NCBI RefSeq assembly: GCF_051860625.1
Contig: NZ_JBHYDQ010000016.1
Location: forward strand, 4,156 to 68,155
Origin: Sandarakinorhabdus sp.
Lineage (GTDB): Bacteria; Pseudomonadota; Alphaproteobacteria; Sphingomonadales; Sphingomonadaceae
DNA length: 64,000 nucleotides
Direction of reading: 5' to 3'
The notes under the pieces: model-generated
Seen by the model: the letters and a program-made list of their open reading frames with translations, nothing else
Told to the model about the DNA's origin: nothing
Database searches by the model: none
Made by a program: the position numbers and the translations under genes
Shown: positions 27,905-38,602 of the stretch, piece after piece
How the letters are laid out: every line of letters starts with the position of its first letter
Position numbering within the stretch: the stretch's first letter is position 1

Positions 27905-28792
27905 TCAGAAATCATGGCCGGTGGGCGTGTGGTGGGGCGGGGTGGTGGCGGGATCGCCGAGCATCCGGCCGGCGACATTGGTGGCGTAGCGGCTCCACGG
28001 CCGGTTGTGGTGGGCGGTGCGGGTGGCGGCAAGATCGCCGGCAAAGCGCGGATCTTGCGGGCGGACCTGGCCGTCGATGAACCAGGCGATATCCCAGGCC
28101 TGCTGCACGGTCAGGCTGTTGCCGTTGCCCAAGGGCATGTTGGCGCGAATGAAGGCCGCAGCCTTGTCGACCTGGGCCATGCCGGCGCCCCAATTATAGC
28201 TGTTGGCGCCCCACAGCGGCGGGTTGATCACCATATCGCCATCCAGCATGCCCTGACCCGCTTCGCCGTGGCAGGAGGCGCAATGTTCGCCGAACAGCGC
28301 TTCGCCGCGGGCGTGATCGGGCGGGGACGGCGGCGCGGCAATCGTGGGGAAACCGCGCCCGGCTGGTGACACGCCAATCCGCTGGCCCTGCGCCAGCCAA
28401 CCGGCATAAGCGGACACTGCCAGCAGCACCTCTCCGCCGAGCGGCGGCGGCGCGGCGTTCATCGAGTAGATGAAACAATCCTGCACGCGCTTTTCGAAGC
28501 TGTTGATGCGGCCGTTCTTTTCGCGAAACGCCGGGAAATTGCCATAGGCGGCCCACAGCGGTGCAGCGCCGGCGGTGCGGCCGGCATCGAGGTGGCAGTT
28601 GGCGCAGCGCAGCTGGTTGCCGGCATGTTGCGGCGCCGCCGCGCGCGTGTCGGTGAAGATGGCCAGCCCGCGCCGGATTGCGTCGCCCGATGGACCGGCG
28701 GGGATGCTGGCTTCATCCGGGATCACGGGTGCCGGGGCTTGCGCAGCCAACAGGATAGCGGCGGCGATGGCAAGGGACAGTCGAAGCTTCAT
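27905..28792 (-). CDS. diheme c-type cytochrome (TsdA-like family)
   Basis: Signal peptide. Two CxxCH motifs (CANCH, CASCH). RVQDCFIYSMN resembles the axial-Cys region of TsdA-type proteins. Confidence 0.65.
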   Translation of the reverse strand: MKLRLSLAIAAAILLAAQAPAPVIPDEASIPAGPSGDAIRRGLAIFTDTRAAAPQHAGNQLRCANCHLDAGRTAGAAPLWAAYGNFPAFREKNGRINSFEKRVQDCFIYSMNAAPPPLGGEVLLAVSAYAGWLAQGQRIGVSPAGRGFPTIAAPPSPPDHARGEALFGEHCASCHGEAGQGMLDGDMVINPPLWGANSYNWGAGMAQVDKAAAFIRANMPLGNGNSLTVQQAWDIAWFIDGQVRPQDPRFAGDLAATRTAHHNRPWSRYATNVAGRMLGDPATTPPHHTPTGHDF

Positions 28793-28834
28793 ACCCGGAC
28801 GCTAGCATGGCCAGCGCCCGGTAGGAAAATAGTC

Positions 28835-29734
28835 TCAATCGTTGGCAGCGCCGAACCGCTCGGCATAGCGGCTGGTGATGCGATCGACCGGCATCACCAC
28901 GAACACATCGACCGTGTTGAACTGGTGATCGACGAAACCGCCATCGCCCACCATCGCACCAACGCGCAGATAGCCCTTCACCAGCGGCGGCAGCGCGCGG
29001 GCAGCAGCGCGGGTGTCGATGGCAGCGGCAGGCAGCCGGTTCATGTCCACGCGGTGCGGCGGCAGCGCGGTGGCGCGCAGCTCGGGCGGGGCGAGATGGT
29101 GGTGGTAGAGATAGGAGAGTTCGGCGGCATGCAGGTGCGGATCGGCGCCGTGCAGCGAGGCGCAGCCGAACAGATGGCCGATGCCATGCTGGGCCAGATA
29201 GGCGGCAATGCCGCGCCACAGCAGCGAGATGGTGGCAGCGGTGCGCCATTCCGGCGCGACACAACTGCGGCCCAGCTCGAGCAGTTGCCGGCCCGGCGCG
29301 GACTGGGTGATCAGGCGGGACAGATCATATTCGCCGGCCGAATAGAAGCCGCCGTTCGCCATGGCCACATCCTGGCGCAGCAGACGATAGGTGCCCACCA
29401 CCCGCGGCCGGGCGGCATCGGCATGATCGATGACGAGCAGATGATCGCAAACCGCATCATATGGATCGATGTCGCGGCGCTGGCGGGCCATCGCGGCGGT
29501 CGGCTGCGCACCCATTTCGTCGTAGAAAATCTGGTAGCGCAGCGCCTGGGCGGCGGCAATTTCCGCGTCGCTGGCCGCCAGCCGCACATCGAGCAGGCCG
29601 GCGCGGTGGATGGCCGGGGCGCGGGCGATGATGGCCGGGGCAACTTCGGTGGCGCGTGAAAGGGCAAGCATGCGGGGCTGCTCCAAAGCGGCGAGTACCC
29701 TGCCATAACCGTGTGATGTGACAGGGATGTGCAA
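28835..29734 (-). CDS. GNAT-fold N-acyltransferase, OlsB-like (ornithine-lipid type)
   Basis: ALRYQIFYDEMGA ... YDAVCDHLLVID ... LELGRSCV pattern. True start may be the internal Met (MLALSR). Confidence 0.65.
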   Translation of the reverse strand: MHIPVTSHGYGRVLAALEQPRMLALSRATEVAPAIIARAPAIHRAGLLDVRLAASDAEIAAAQALRYQIFYDEMGAQPTAAMARQRRDIDPYDAVCDHLLVIDHADAARPRVVGTYRLLRQDVAMANGGFYSAGEYDLSRLITQSAPGRQLLELGRSCVAPEWRTAATISLLWRGIAAYLAQHGIGHLFGCASLHGADPHLHAAELSYLYHHHLAPPELRATALPPHRVDMNRLPAAAIDTRAAARALPPLVKGYLRVGAMVGDGGFVDHQFNTVDVFVVMPVDRITSRYAERFGAAND

Positions 29735-29740
29735 GGTTCG

Positions 29741-31066
29741 TTACACAGGCGTTGCAGCCGGTGCGGGGTCGCCCGACGCATTATCATCGGCGACCACCAG
29801 CCCAGCGCGCCACAGCCAGACGAAGATCAGCACGCCCGGCAGCGCCAAGGCGGTGGTAAGCCAGTAGAAATCGACATAGCCTAGGCTTTCGATCAGCGCG
29901 CCGGCAGTGCCGGACGAGAAGGCGCGGCCCAGGATGGCGGCGGCCGACGACAGCAGCGCAAATTGCGTCGCTGTGAAGCGGCGATCGCACAGTAGCGCCA
30001 GCCACGCCCCCACCGTCACGCCGCCGATGCCGCTGGCCAGATTTTCAAAACCCTGCACCGCCGCCAGCGCCCACACATCATGGCCGATGACCGCCAGGCC
30101 CGCATAAGCCGCGTTCGAAATCCCCATCAGCAGCAGCGACAGGAACACCGATCCAGCAAGGCCCATCCGCTTGTAGAGCATGCCGCCCAGGAACACGCCG
30201 GCGAGATAACCGATCAGGCCCAGCGACACGTCGTACGTGGCCACCTCCTCCTTGGTGAAGCCCAGATCATTGTAGAACAGCCGGATGGACAATTGACCCA
30301 CCGTGTCGCCGATCTTGTGGACCAGCACGAAGGCCAGCACGATCCACGCGCCGGGCCTGCCGAGGAAATCGGCGAGCGGCGCGACGATGCTGTCCTTCAC
30401 CATCGCGCCAAAGCCGCGCCCCGACGTGACCACCGGCGGCCGTTTGGGTTCGCCAAGCAGCGCCGCGGCAACCAGCGACGGCAAGAACAGGATGATCGCC
30501 GCCAGATAGGCCAGGCCCCAGCCGGCTTGGGAGGCGAGCACCAGCGCACCGGCGCCGGCGATATAGCTGCCCATGCGCCAGCCATATTGCGTCATCCCCG
30601 AACCGGCGCCCATCTGATCGGTGCGCAGCCATTCGATGCGAATGGCATCGACCACGATGTCCAGCGTCGCCCCGGCAAAGCCGACCGCGATGGCCGCGGC
30701 GGCAAACAGCCCGAGACTGGCGGTGGGATCGAGCGCGCCGAGCCAGGCGATGGCGGCGCTGGCCATCAATATCGCCACCACCAGCCACGCCCGCCGCTGC
30801 CCGATCAGGCCGGCGAGGATCGGAATCCGCAGCCTGTCGACCAGCGGCGCCCACAGCGGCTTGAAGCTGTAGACCAGCAGCGCCAGGCCGAAGGCGGTCA
30901 CCGATTTCTTCTCGATTCCCGCTTCGGCCAGCCGCGTGGTCAGCGTGGCGGCGATCATCGTGTAGGGCGTGCCCGACGCCATGCCGAGCGCCAGTGCGCC
31001 GAGCGGCCCGGCTTCGACATAGGGTCTGATCGAAGCCAGAAAGGCGTTGCGGGCGGGTTGGGTCAT
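29741..31066 (-). CDS. ampG: AmpG-family muropeptide/MFS permease
   Basis: [27 protein letters not shown]...[11 protein letters not shown] motif set is typical of AmpG. Confidence 0.75.
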   Translation of the reverse strand: MTQPARNAFLASIRPYVEAGPLGALALGMASGTPYTMIAATLTTRLAEAGIEKKSVTAFGLALLVYSFKPLWAPLVDRLRIPILAGLIGQRRAWLVVAILMASAAIAWLGALDPTASLGLFAAAAIAVGFAGATLDIVVDAIRIEWLRTDQMGAGSGMTQYGWRMGSYIAGAGALVLASQAGWGLAYLAAIILFLPSLVAAALLGEPKRPPVVTSGRGFGAMVKDSIVAPLADFLGRPGAWIVLAFVLVHKIGDTVGQLSIRLFYNDLGFTKEEVATYDVSLGLIGYLAGVFLGGMLYKRMGLAGSVFLSLLLMGISNAAYAGLAVIGHDVWALAAVQGFENLASGIGGVTVGAWLALLCDRRFTATQFALLSSAAAILGRAFSSGTAGALIESLGYVDFYWLTTALALPGVLIFVWLWRAGLVVADDNASGDPAPAATPV

Positions 31067-31191
31067 CGCGGCACCTTGGCGTGGAGGTGGGGTCTGTCAA
31101 TGGCGGCGCGCGGGTTTGCCCGTGGCGAGATTTTCTATGTGGTCAGTTTCTGGCCCGACAGGCATGTGCAGGATCCAAGGAGGCCATTGCC

Positions 31192-31746
<555 letters not shown>

Positions 31747-31791
31747 TCCGGCCCGCAACGCCCTGTTGCGCCGAACAACAGATGGCGTAGC

Positions 31792-32961
31792 ATGTCGGCC
31801 ATGGATATCGCCTTCATTCCGAAACATCCCACCCCCGGCCAGCGGGCGCTGGCGGCTGGGGTGCCGGCGGCGGCGGGGAAGGTGCCCAGCGGCGCGATGT
31901 GGCAGATTCCGGCCAGCGCCTACACCTGTCCCGATCATTTCGCGGCCGAGCAGGAAAAGCTGTTCCGGCGGATGCCGGTGGTGCTGGCGCCGTCGGCGTT
32001 GCTGCCGCAGCCGAACATGGCGGTTCCGCATGATGGTTTTGGCCTGCCGTTGCTGATCGCGCGCGATGGCAAGGGTGTGGCCCGTGTGTTCATGAATGTC
32101 TGCCGGCATCGCGGCACACGGCTGGTGGAGGGCTGTGCGTTGCAGCACGGGCCGGCGCTGGTCTGCCCTTATCATGCCTGGTCTTACGGCACCGATGGGC
32201 GGCTGAAGGGCTTGCCGCGCCCCGAGACGTTCGAGGGGTTGGACAAGAGCACGCGCGGGTTGATCGAGATGCCGTCGGTGGAGGCCGGCGGGCTGATCTG
32301 GGTCGGGCTGGACGCGCAAGCGCCGCCGGATTTCGGATTGGCGGCTGGCCCCCTTGCGGCGGACTTCGCGGCGTTGGGTTTTCCGGAACAGCATCTTTAT
32401 GCGCGGCGCACGCACAAGGTGGCGGCGAACTGGAAGCTGATCATGGATGCCTTCCTGGAAAGCTATCATGTGCTGCGCCTGCACGCGAACACGATTGCGC
32501 CGTTTTTCCAGGACGGTGTGACCACCGGCGACACGATCGGGCCGCATGCCCGGTCGGCCGTCGCGCGGCTGGCGGCGCTGGCAGGCATCGATCTGGACGA
32601 CATGCGCGACATCCGCCGTACGGTCACTTTCGCCTATCAGTTGGTGCCGGCGACCATCATCGTTGCCAGCCCGGATTATATCAACATCATGGTGCTGATG
32701 CCGCGCAGCGTCGGCGAAACCTGGGTCGAGGATTTCATGCTGATCCCCGAAGCGCCGCGCGATGACAAGGCCGAGGCGCACTGGGCGAAAAGCTGGAAAT
32801 TGCTGGATGGCGGCGTGTTTGCCGGCGAGGATTTCCGCGCCGCGGCGCTGGGCCATGAAGGGCTGGCGTCGGGCGCGGTCGATCATGTGCTGCTTGGCGG
32901 GCTGGAGCAGGGCGTGAAGGCGTTTCACGACACGGTGGCCCGGATCGTGGGCGGGGGATGA
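31792..32961 (+). CDS. Rieske [2Fe-2S] aromatic-ring-hydroxylating oxygenase alpha subunit
   Basis: CRHRGTRL ... CPYHAWSY Rieske motif. Confidence 0.8.
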   Translation: MSAMDIAFIPKHPTPGQRALAAGVPAAAGKVPSGAMWQIPASAYTCPDHFAAEQEKLFRRMPVVLAPSALLPQPNMAVPHDGFGLPLLIARDGKGVARVFMNVCRHRGTRLVEGCALQHGPALVCPYHAWSYGTDGRLKGLPRPETFEGLDKSTRGLIEMPSVEAGGLIWVGLDAQAPPDFGLAAGPLAADFAALGFPEQHLYARRTHKVAANWKLIMDAFLESYHVLRLHANTIAPFFQDGVTTGDTIGPHARSAVARLAALAGIDLDDMRDIRRTVTFAYQLVPATIIVASPDYINIMVLMPRSVGETWVEDFMLIPEAPRDDKAEAHWAKSWKLLDGGVFAGEDFRAAALGHEGLASGAVDHVLLGGLEQGVKAFHDTVARIVGGG

Positions 32962-33036
32962 TGGCGTAATAGGGTGGCGTGCTGCTGGCGCAGGCACTTG
33001 TTCAAGCCACCAATTAACCAAATAGGCACATAATGC

Positions 33037-33065
33037 TTGACTATCGTCACGCTCTGGGTTAGAGA
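33037..33065 (+). promoter_or_regulatory. candidate sigma-70-type promoter upstream of the GTA cluster
   Basis: TTGACT-N17-TAGAGA, about 60 nt upstream of ATG 33128. Motif match only. Confidence 0.25.
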
Positions 33066-33127
33066 AACGGCATGCCTGCGGAATCGCTCCTGAACGGGGC
33101 GGGGCGGCCGAGACAGGGACTTCAGAC

Positions 33128-33628
33128 ATGGCAATGGATGCAGCGATGCTGGCCGACCGGCCGGTGCGGCAGGGTGGACGTGCCTGCAAGATCGGTGGCA
33201 GCACAGTGGCGATGCTGGTGCCGAAACCGCCGCGGCAGCGGGCGCGGCGCCAGGCGGTGTTTGCCACCCGCAGGGCGCGGCTGGATTTTCTGGATGCGCT
33301 GGCGAAATTTGGTGATCCGGCGCTGGCGGCCGAGGTCCTGCAATTGAGCCTGGTGAAATTGTTTCGCCTGCGCGCCGAAGATGCGGAGTTTGCGGCGGAG
33401 TGGCATGCGGCGATCGGCTTTGCCTGGGAACGGGTGGAGCATCGCGTGCTGGCGCAGATGCTGGACCCGGCGGCGGCGATGGACAGCAAGCTGGCGCTGG
33501 CGATCGTGGCACGGCGGGATGCGGGAACCGCCAAGGTGCAGGGGCGCCGGGTGGATGGTGCCGCGGTGGCAAAGCTGCGGGCAGAGCTGCGGGCGCTGGC
33601 CGGGTCGGAGGCGGTGATGACCAAGTGA
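33128..33628 (+). CDS. putative GTA small terminase (g1 position)
   Basis: Positional. 166 aa, basic, helix-rich (FLDALAKFGDPALAAEVLQLS HTH-like). Start uncertain. Confidence 0.5.
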   Translation: MAMDAAMLADRPVRQGGRACKIGGSTVAMLVPKPPRQRARRQAVFATRRARLDFLDALAKFGDPALAAEVLQLSLVKLFRLRAEDAEFAAEWHAAIGFAWERVEHRVLAQMLDPAAAMDSKLALAIVARRDAGTAKVQGRRVDGAAVAKLRAELRALAGSEAVMTK

Positions 33629-33741
33629 ACCACCACGCCGGAGTGACGGGAACGCGCATGATTTGATCGCAGCGGGCGCTCGGGTTGAGTGCCGCGCGCG
33701 GGCTCTGGCGGTGGCCGGGCGATTTTCGGGGTCGCGATATT

Positions 33742-35052
33742 ATGGTTGTAGCTCCGCCGGCAGCGGCTTCGCTGCTGGAGCAATTTCGTGCGTGGCCAGC
33801 GCCGCTGCAGCAGCAGTTGCTGGCGATGTATCGCGAGGAATTGCTGATTGCTGCGCTGGCCGGTGAAGGCCAGTTGCGGCCCAGCCAGATGGCACCGCCC
33901 GGCGATTGGGCGATCTGGGTGATCCTGGCTGGGCGCGGGTTCGGCAAGACGCTGGCTGGGGCTGAATGGATTCATGGGCTTGCAGGTGCGGCGCAGCGGC
34001 GGTTCGCATTGGTGGCGCCGTCGCTGGATGTGGCGCGGGCGGTGATGGTGGAAGGCGAATCCGGGCTGCTGGCGCGCGTGCCGCCGGAGACCGATCTGGT
34101 GTGGCAGCCGAGCACCAAACGGTTGATCTGGGGCAATGGCAGCGAGGCGCGGATCTATTCCGGCGCGGAGCCGGATGCGCTGCGCGGTGGACAGTTCGAT
34201 TACGCCTGGGGCGATGAATTCGCGCACTGGCTGCATGGTGAGGACGCGGTGATGAACCTGCGGATGGCGACCCGGCTCGGCGCGGCGCCGCAGATCATGC
34301 TGACGACGACACCGCTGCCGCTGGGCTGGTTGAAGGCGCTGCTGGCCGAACCCGGCGTGGTGATCACGCGCGGGCACACGGCGGACAATGCCGCCAATCT
34401 GCCGCGCGGGTTTCTGGCGCGGCTGGAGCGGCGCTTTGGCGGCACCGTGACTGGGCGGCAGGAACTGGCCGGCGAGATTGTCGAGGATTTGGACGGGGCA
34501 TTGTGGACGCGGGCGCTGATCGATCGGGCGCGCGTGGCGGATGCGCCGGCGCTGGTGCGCGTGGTGGTGGGGGTCGATCCGCCGGCGGGCGGTGGCACCT
34601 GTGGGATCGTGGTCACGGCGCTGGGGGCCGATGGCAATGCCTATGTGCTTGATGATCGCAGCATTTCGGGCGTCGCGCCGGGGCAGTGGGCGCGGGCCGT
34701 GGTGGCCGCAGCCGATCGCTGGCAGGCCGACAAGGTGGTCGCCGAAGTGAACCAGGGCGGCGCCATGGTGACGGCGATGCTGAAATCGGTGGAGTCCGCG
34801 CTGCCGGTGCTGGCGGTGCGGGCGGCGCGCGGGAAGGTGGCGCGGGCCGAGCCGGTGGCGGCGCTCTATGGCGAGGGCCGGGTCTGGCATGTCGGGGTGT
34901 TCCCGGCGCTGGAGGATGAACTGTGCGGACTGTTGAATGATGGTCGGTACGCCGGGCCGGGCCAATCGCCGGACCGGGCGGATGCGGCGGTGTGGGCATT
35001 GTCGGCGCTGATGCTGGGGCCACGCGTGGTGCCGGGCGTCCGTGAACTTTGA
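33742..35052 (+). CDS. GTA terminase large subunit (g2)
   Basis: ORF 33685..35052 (TTG); ATG 33742 preferred. Walker A-like ILAGRGFGKTLAGAEW. C-terminal nuclease region CGIVV...DRADA. Confidence 0.9.
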   Translation: MVVAPPAAASLLEQFRAWPAPLQQQLLAMYREELLIAALAGEGQLRPSQMAPPGDWAIWVILAGRGFGKTLAGAEWIHGLAGAAQRRFALVAPSLDVARAVMVEGESGLLARVPPETDLVWQPSTKRLIWGNGSEARIYSGAEPDALRGGQFDYAWGDEFAHWLHGEDAVMNLRMATRLGAAPQIMLTTTPLPLGWLKALLAEPGVVITRGHTADNAANLPRGFLARLERRFGGTVTGRQELAGEIVEDLDGALWTRALIDRARVADAPALVRVVVGVDPPAGGGTCGIVVTALGADGNAYVLDDRSISGVAPGQWARAVVAAADRWQADKVVAEVNQGGAMVTAMLKSVESALPVLAVRAARGKVARAEPVAALYGEGRVWHVGVFPALEDELCGLLNDGRYAGPGQSPDRADAAVWALSALMLGPRVVPGVREL

Positions 35053-35069
35053 ACCAGAAAGGTTAGGTC

Positions 35070-36200
35070 ATGCGATTGCCGTTCTTGCGGACGAAGGCGG
35101 ACGCGCGGGGTTCGGGGCCGCCCGCGGCACGGATTCCGGTCTGGGCGACACCAGTTGGTGATGGTGGCGGTTATGCCGGGCAGGTGCGTGCGGCGTTCCT
35201 GGCCAATCCGGTGGCGTCGCGGGCCATCCGCCTTGTGGCGGAAGGCGCAGGCGGGGCGCCGATCACCAGCAATCCGGCCGGGCATCCGGCGCTGGCGTTG
35301 CTGGCGAGTTGTGGTTTTGGTGCGTCGGGGCCGGGGTTGATCGAGACACTGTCCGGACATTTGTTGTTGCACGGCAATGCCTATGTCGATGTGGCGGTGG
35401 GCGATGATGGCCTGCCGGCGGCGCTGTTTGCGCTGCGCCCGGAACGGGTGAGTGTGGAGGTGGACGCCAACGGTTGGCCGGCGGCGCATGTCTATCGCGC
35501 CGGGGGTGCGGTGCGGCGCTATCCGGTCGGGACCGGTGGCGGCTTGCTGCATGTGCGCAGTTTTCATCCGCTCGATGATCATCATGGCGCGGGCTGCCTG
35601 GCGCCGGCGGCGGCTGCGGTGGCGGTGCACAATGCGGCGACACGCTGGAATCAGGCACTGCTTGATAATGCGGCGCGGCCCAGCGGCGCGCTGGTGTACC
35701 AACCTGGTGATGGATCGACGCTGAGTCCGGCGCAATATGATCGGCTGCGCGCCGAAATGGAGGCGGCGTTCAGCGGTGCGGCCAACGCCGGCCGGCCGAT
35801 GCTGCTCGAAGGCGGGCTGAGCTGGCAGGCGTTGAGCCTGTCGCCGGCGGAGATGGATTTTGCCGGTATGCGCGAGGCGGCGGCGCGCGACATCGCGCTG
35901 GCGCTGGGGGTGCCGCCGCTGCTGCTCGGGCTGAAGGGCGACAACACCTACGCCAATTATCGCGAGGCCAATGTCGCGCTGTGGCGGCTGACGTTGCTGC
36001 CGCTGCTGAGCCGCGTGCTGGGCGCGCTGGCGGCCCACCTTGCCTGGTGGTGGCCGGGCCTGTGCCTGGGTGTGGACCGCGATGCCATCCCGGCGCTGGC
36101 CGAGGATCGGGAACGGCTGTGGGCCAGCGTGACCGCGGCTGATTTCCTGGAAGCATCGGAAAAGCGGCGAATATTGGGTTTGCAAGGAGAGGCGGCATGA
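35070..36200 (+). CDS. GTA portal protein, HK97 family (g3)
   Basis: GNAYVDV, LLDNAARPSGAL, GVPPLLLGL portal motifs. Confidence 0.9.
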   Translation: MRLPFLRTKADARGSGPPAARIPVWATPVGDGGGYAGQVRAAFLANPVASRAIRLVAEGAGGAPITSNPAGHPALALLASCGFGASGPGLIETLSGHLLLHGNAYVDVAVGDDGLPAALFALRPERVSVEVDANGWPAAHVYRAGGAVRRYPVGTGGGLLHVRSFHPLDDHHGAGCLAPAAAAVAVHNAATRWNQALLDNAARPSGALVYQPGDGSTLSPAQYDRLRAEMEAAFSGAANAGRPMLLEGGLSWQALSLSPAEMDFAGMREAAARDIALALGVPPLLLGLKGDNTYANYREANVALWRLTLLPLLSRVLGALAAHLAWWWPGLCLGVDRDAIPALAEDRERLWASVTAADFLEASEKRRILGLQGEAA

Positions 36201-36502
36201 CCGGAATCCTGGAAGGGCTGGTGGCACAGGCCGAGGCCCAGGGCGCGGCGCGGGTGACGTTGCAGGCAATCATCGAGGAGGCGGCTGAAACCGGCGCGGC
36301 GCGGGCGCTGCGCAGCATCGGGTTGATGGATGACGGTGCCGGCAGCGACATCAGGGAGCTGCGCCAGTTGGTGCAGGGCTGGCGCGATGTGAAATCGTCG
36401 GCGCTGAAGAGCTTTGTCGGCTGGTTGGTGCGCACGCTGGTGGTGCTGCTGCTGGCCGGTCTGGCGTTCAAGCTGGGCCTGCTGCGCGGGACGCAGCCAT
36501 GA
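36197..36502 (+). CDS. small GTA protein at the g3.5 position, C-terminal TM helix
   Basis: ATGA overlaps on both sides. 101 aa. VRTLVVLLLAGLAFKLGLL hydrophobic tail. Confidence 0.6.
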   Translation: MTGILEGLVAQAEAQGAARVTLQAIIEEAAETGAARALRSIGLMDDGAGSDIRELRQLVQGWRDVKSSALKSFVGWLVRTLVVLLLAGLAFKLGLLRGTQP

Positions 36503-36942
36503 ACAGCTTGCGGGTGGCGGGCTATGCCAGCGTGTTCGATGTGGCCGATCGCGGCGGCGATGTGGTGGCGCCTGGCGCCTTTGCCGGGGCGGCGGCGCCG
36601 CTGCCGTTGCTGTGGCAGCACAAGCCCGAGGAACCGATTGGGTTCGTGGAGGCGTTGGCCGAGGATGGGCGTGGCTTGCGCGTCACGGCGCGGATCGTGG
36701 CGCAGGGCCGCGGGGCGGAGGCCGCAGCGCTGGTGAAGGCCGGTGCGATCACGGGGTTGAGCTTTGGCTATCGGGTGAAGGCCGCCAGCCCGGCAAGGAC
36801 GGGTCGGCGGCTGGAGCGGCTGGAGCTGGTTGAAGTGTCGCTGGTGACCTTCCCGATGCAGCGGGAGGCGCGGGTGCTGGGTTGGCAAGAGGAGAACGAG
36901 GATGCTGGAACTGAAATCCGAGAATCTGTCCGCAGTGTTTGA
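36499..36942 (+). CDS. HK97-family prohead protease (g4)
   Basis: AGYASVFDVADRGGDVVAPGAF ... LLWQH ... LSFGY ... EVSLVTFP motifs. Confidence 0.85.
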   Translation: MNSLRVAGYASVFDVADRGGDVVAPGAFAGAAAPLPLLWQHKPEEPIGFVEALAEDGRGLRVTARIVAQGRGAEAAALVKAGAITGLSFGYRVKAASPARTGRRLERLELVEVSLVTFPMQREARVLGWQEENEDAGTEIRESVRSV

Positions 36943-37882
36943 TGCGGCCGAAACCATCACGCGGCCGGCGCTGGAGGCCAAGGCCGCGACCGTGGGCACG
37001 CCTGCCAAGGGCGGGCTGGCGGTGCCCCAGGAAATCGATGCGGTGATCGGGCGGGTACTGGCGGCGTCCTCGCCGATCCGCGCCATTGCCCAGGTGGTTG
37101 AGGTGGGATCGGCCAATTATCGCCGGCTGTTCACCACCAGCGGCGTGGTGTCGGGCTGGGTGGCGGAAACCGCAGCGCGGCCCGAAACCGAGACGCCGGA
37201 CTTTGCCGAAATCGCGCCGCCGATGGGCGAGCTTTACGCCAATCCGGCCGCCAGCCAGGCGATGCTGGACGATGCGGCCTTCGATGTGGAGGCCTGGCTG
37301 GGCGAGGAAATCGGCCGCGAATTTGCCCGCGCCGAAGGTGTGGCTTTTGTGAACGGCGATGGCGTGAACAAGCCGCGCGGGTTTCTGAATGGGCCGGTGG
37401 CCGCCACGGGCGACGCCACCCGCGCGTTCGGCACGCTGCAAGTTGTGGCATCCGGCGCAGCGGGTGATTTCGCGGCGGCCAGCCCGCAGGATCGGCTGAT
37501 CGATCTGGTGCATGCGCTGGCCAGCCCCTATCGCCAGGGGGCGGTGTGGGTGATGAACAGCGCCACGCTGGCGCGCATCCGCAAGTTCAAGACCAGCGAC
37601 GGCGCCTTCATCTGGCAGCCGGGCCTGGGGCCAGACCAGCCGCAGACGCTGCTCGGCTATCGCGTCGTCGAGGTCGATGCGATGCCCGACATTGCTGCGG
37701 ACAGCCTTTCGATCGGCTTCGGCAATTTCGAGGCGGGGTATCTGATCGCGCAGCGGGCGGAAACCACCGTGCTTAAGGACCCCTACAGCAACAAGCCCTA
37801 TGTGCATTTCTATGCAACGCGGCGCGTGGGTGGGGCGGTGCTCGACAGCCGCGCCATCAAGCTGATGCGCTTTTCCGCCTGA
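36902..37882 (+). CDS. HK97-family major capsid protein (g5)
   Basis: 326 aa. SPIRAIAQVVEV...ANYRRL, GFLNG, AVWVMNSATLARIRK, KDPYSNKPYVHFYATRRVGG. Confidence 0.9.
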   Translation: MLELKSENLSAVFDAAETITRPALEAKAATVGTPAKGGLAVPQEIDAVIGRVLAASSPIRAIAQVVEVGSANYRRLFTTSGVVSGWVAETAARPETETPDFAEIAPPMGELYANPAASQAMLDDAAFDVEAWLGEEIGREFARAEGVAFVNGDGVNKPRGFLNGPVAATGDATRAFGTLQVVASGAAGDFAAASPQDRLIDLVHALASPYRQGAVWVMNSATLARIRKFKTSDGAFIWQPGLGPDQPQTLLGYRVVEVDAMPDIAADSLSIGFGNFEAGYLIAQRAETTVLKDPYSNKPYVHFYATRRVGGAVLDSRAIKLMRFSA

Positions 37883-37893
37883 TCTGACCCTCG

Positions 37894-37917
37894 GGGGCCG
37901 GCGATCAGGCCGGCCCC
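37894..37917 (+). promoter_or_regulatory. perfect 9-bp-stem hairpin just after the capsid stop
   Basis: GGGGCCGGC-GATCAG-GCCGGCCCC with no U-tract. Candidate RNA-stability or attenuation element. Confidence 0.5.
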
Positions 37918-37934
37918 AATGCGAAAGACCCAAC

Positions 37935-38390
37935 ATGGCTGATAATGTGACGGCGCCGGCGATTGGCCTGGCGTTTGCGACCGATGAAGTGGCCGGTGTG
38001 CATTGGCCTTATGCCAAGCTGGCGTTCGGCGGCGATGGCAGCGCGGTGGTGCTGGCCGATGCCGATGGCGCGCGGCTGCCGGTGGCGCTGCCGGCGGTGG
38101 CGACAACGACGCGCGCCTATGATTGGCCGGCGGGGCAGCGGCTGACGACGGCCGGGGCGGCGGCGGTGCGCAGCACGGCCATCGCGGCAGCCGAAGTGCT
38201 GCTGCATGCGTCGGCGCGCGGTTTCGTGGCGGTGGGCGATGCGGCGGTGGTGGCCAGTGTTGGTGCTGGCTCCATCCCGATGGAAGCCGGCGAAAAATTC
38301 CATCTGCGCCTGACCAGTGGGCAGCATGTGTCCTTCATCCGCGACGGGGCGGCGGATGCCAGCCTGACCGTCATGCCGGTGGCGCCATGA
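37935..38390 (+). CDS. hypothetical protein (GTA insert ORF A, 151 aa)
   Basis: G/C-rich third codon positions. ATGA-coupled to ORF B. No family recognised. Confidence 0.6.
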   Translation: MADNVTAPAIGLAFATDEVAGVHWPYAKLAFGGDGSAVVLADADGARLPVALPAVATTTRAYDWPAGQRLTTAGAAAVRSTAIAAAEVLLHASARGFVAVGDAAVVASVGAGSIPMEAGEKFHLRLTSGQHVSFIRDGAADASLTVMPVAP

Positions 38391-38602
38391 TCGGCGCTGT
38401 CGGTCGTGTCGGCCGGCTGGGCCTGTTTGGCGGCGCCATCCGCCGGGTGGTGCGCAGCGCAGATTTCACATTGTCGAACGCCAGTGTCGCCACGATCTGG
38501 GGCACTGTCGAGGTCGGCAATCTTGTGCCGAGTGACGCGCCTGCGGGCGCCTATTTCGTAATCGTCGGCGAACCTGCCGGCCTGGCAGTGGTGAACGGCT
38601 GA
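38387..38602 (+). CDS. hypothetical protein (GTA insert ORF B, 71 aa)
   Basis: Internal ATG 38387 of ORF 38123..38602. ATGA upstream and TGATG downstream coupling. Confidence 0.5.
   Translation: MIGAVGRVGRLGLFGGAIRRVVRSADFTLSNASVATIWGTVEVGNLVPSDAPAGAYFVIVGEPAGLAVVNG

Noticed and set aside
33011-33026. CtrA box upstream of the GTA cluster
   Set aside because: Only one half-site (TTAACC) is present. The position 7 nt downstream reads GGCA rather than TTAA.
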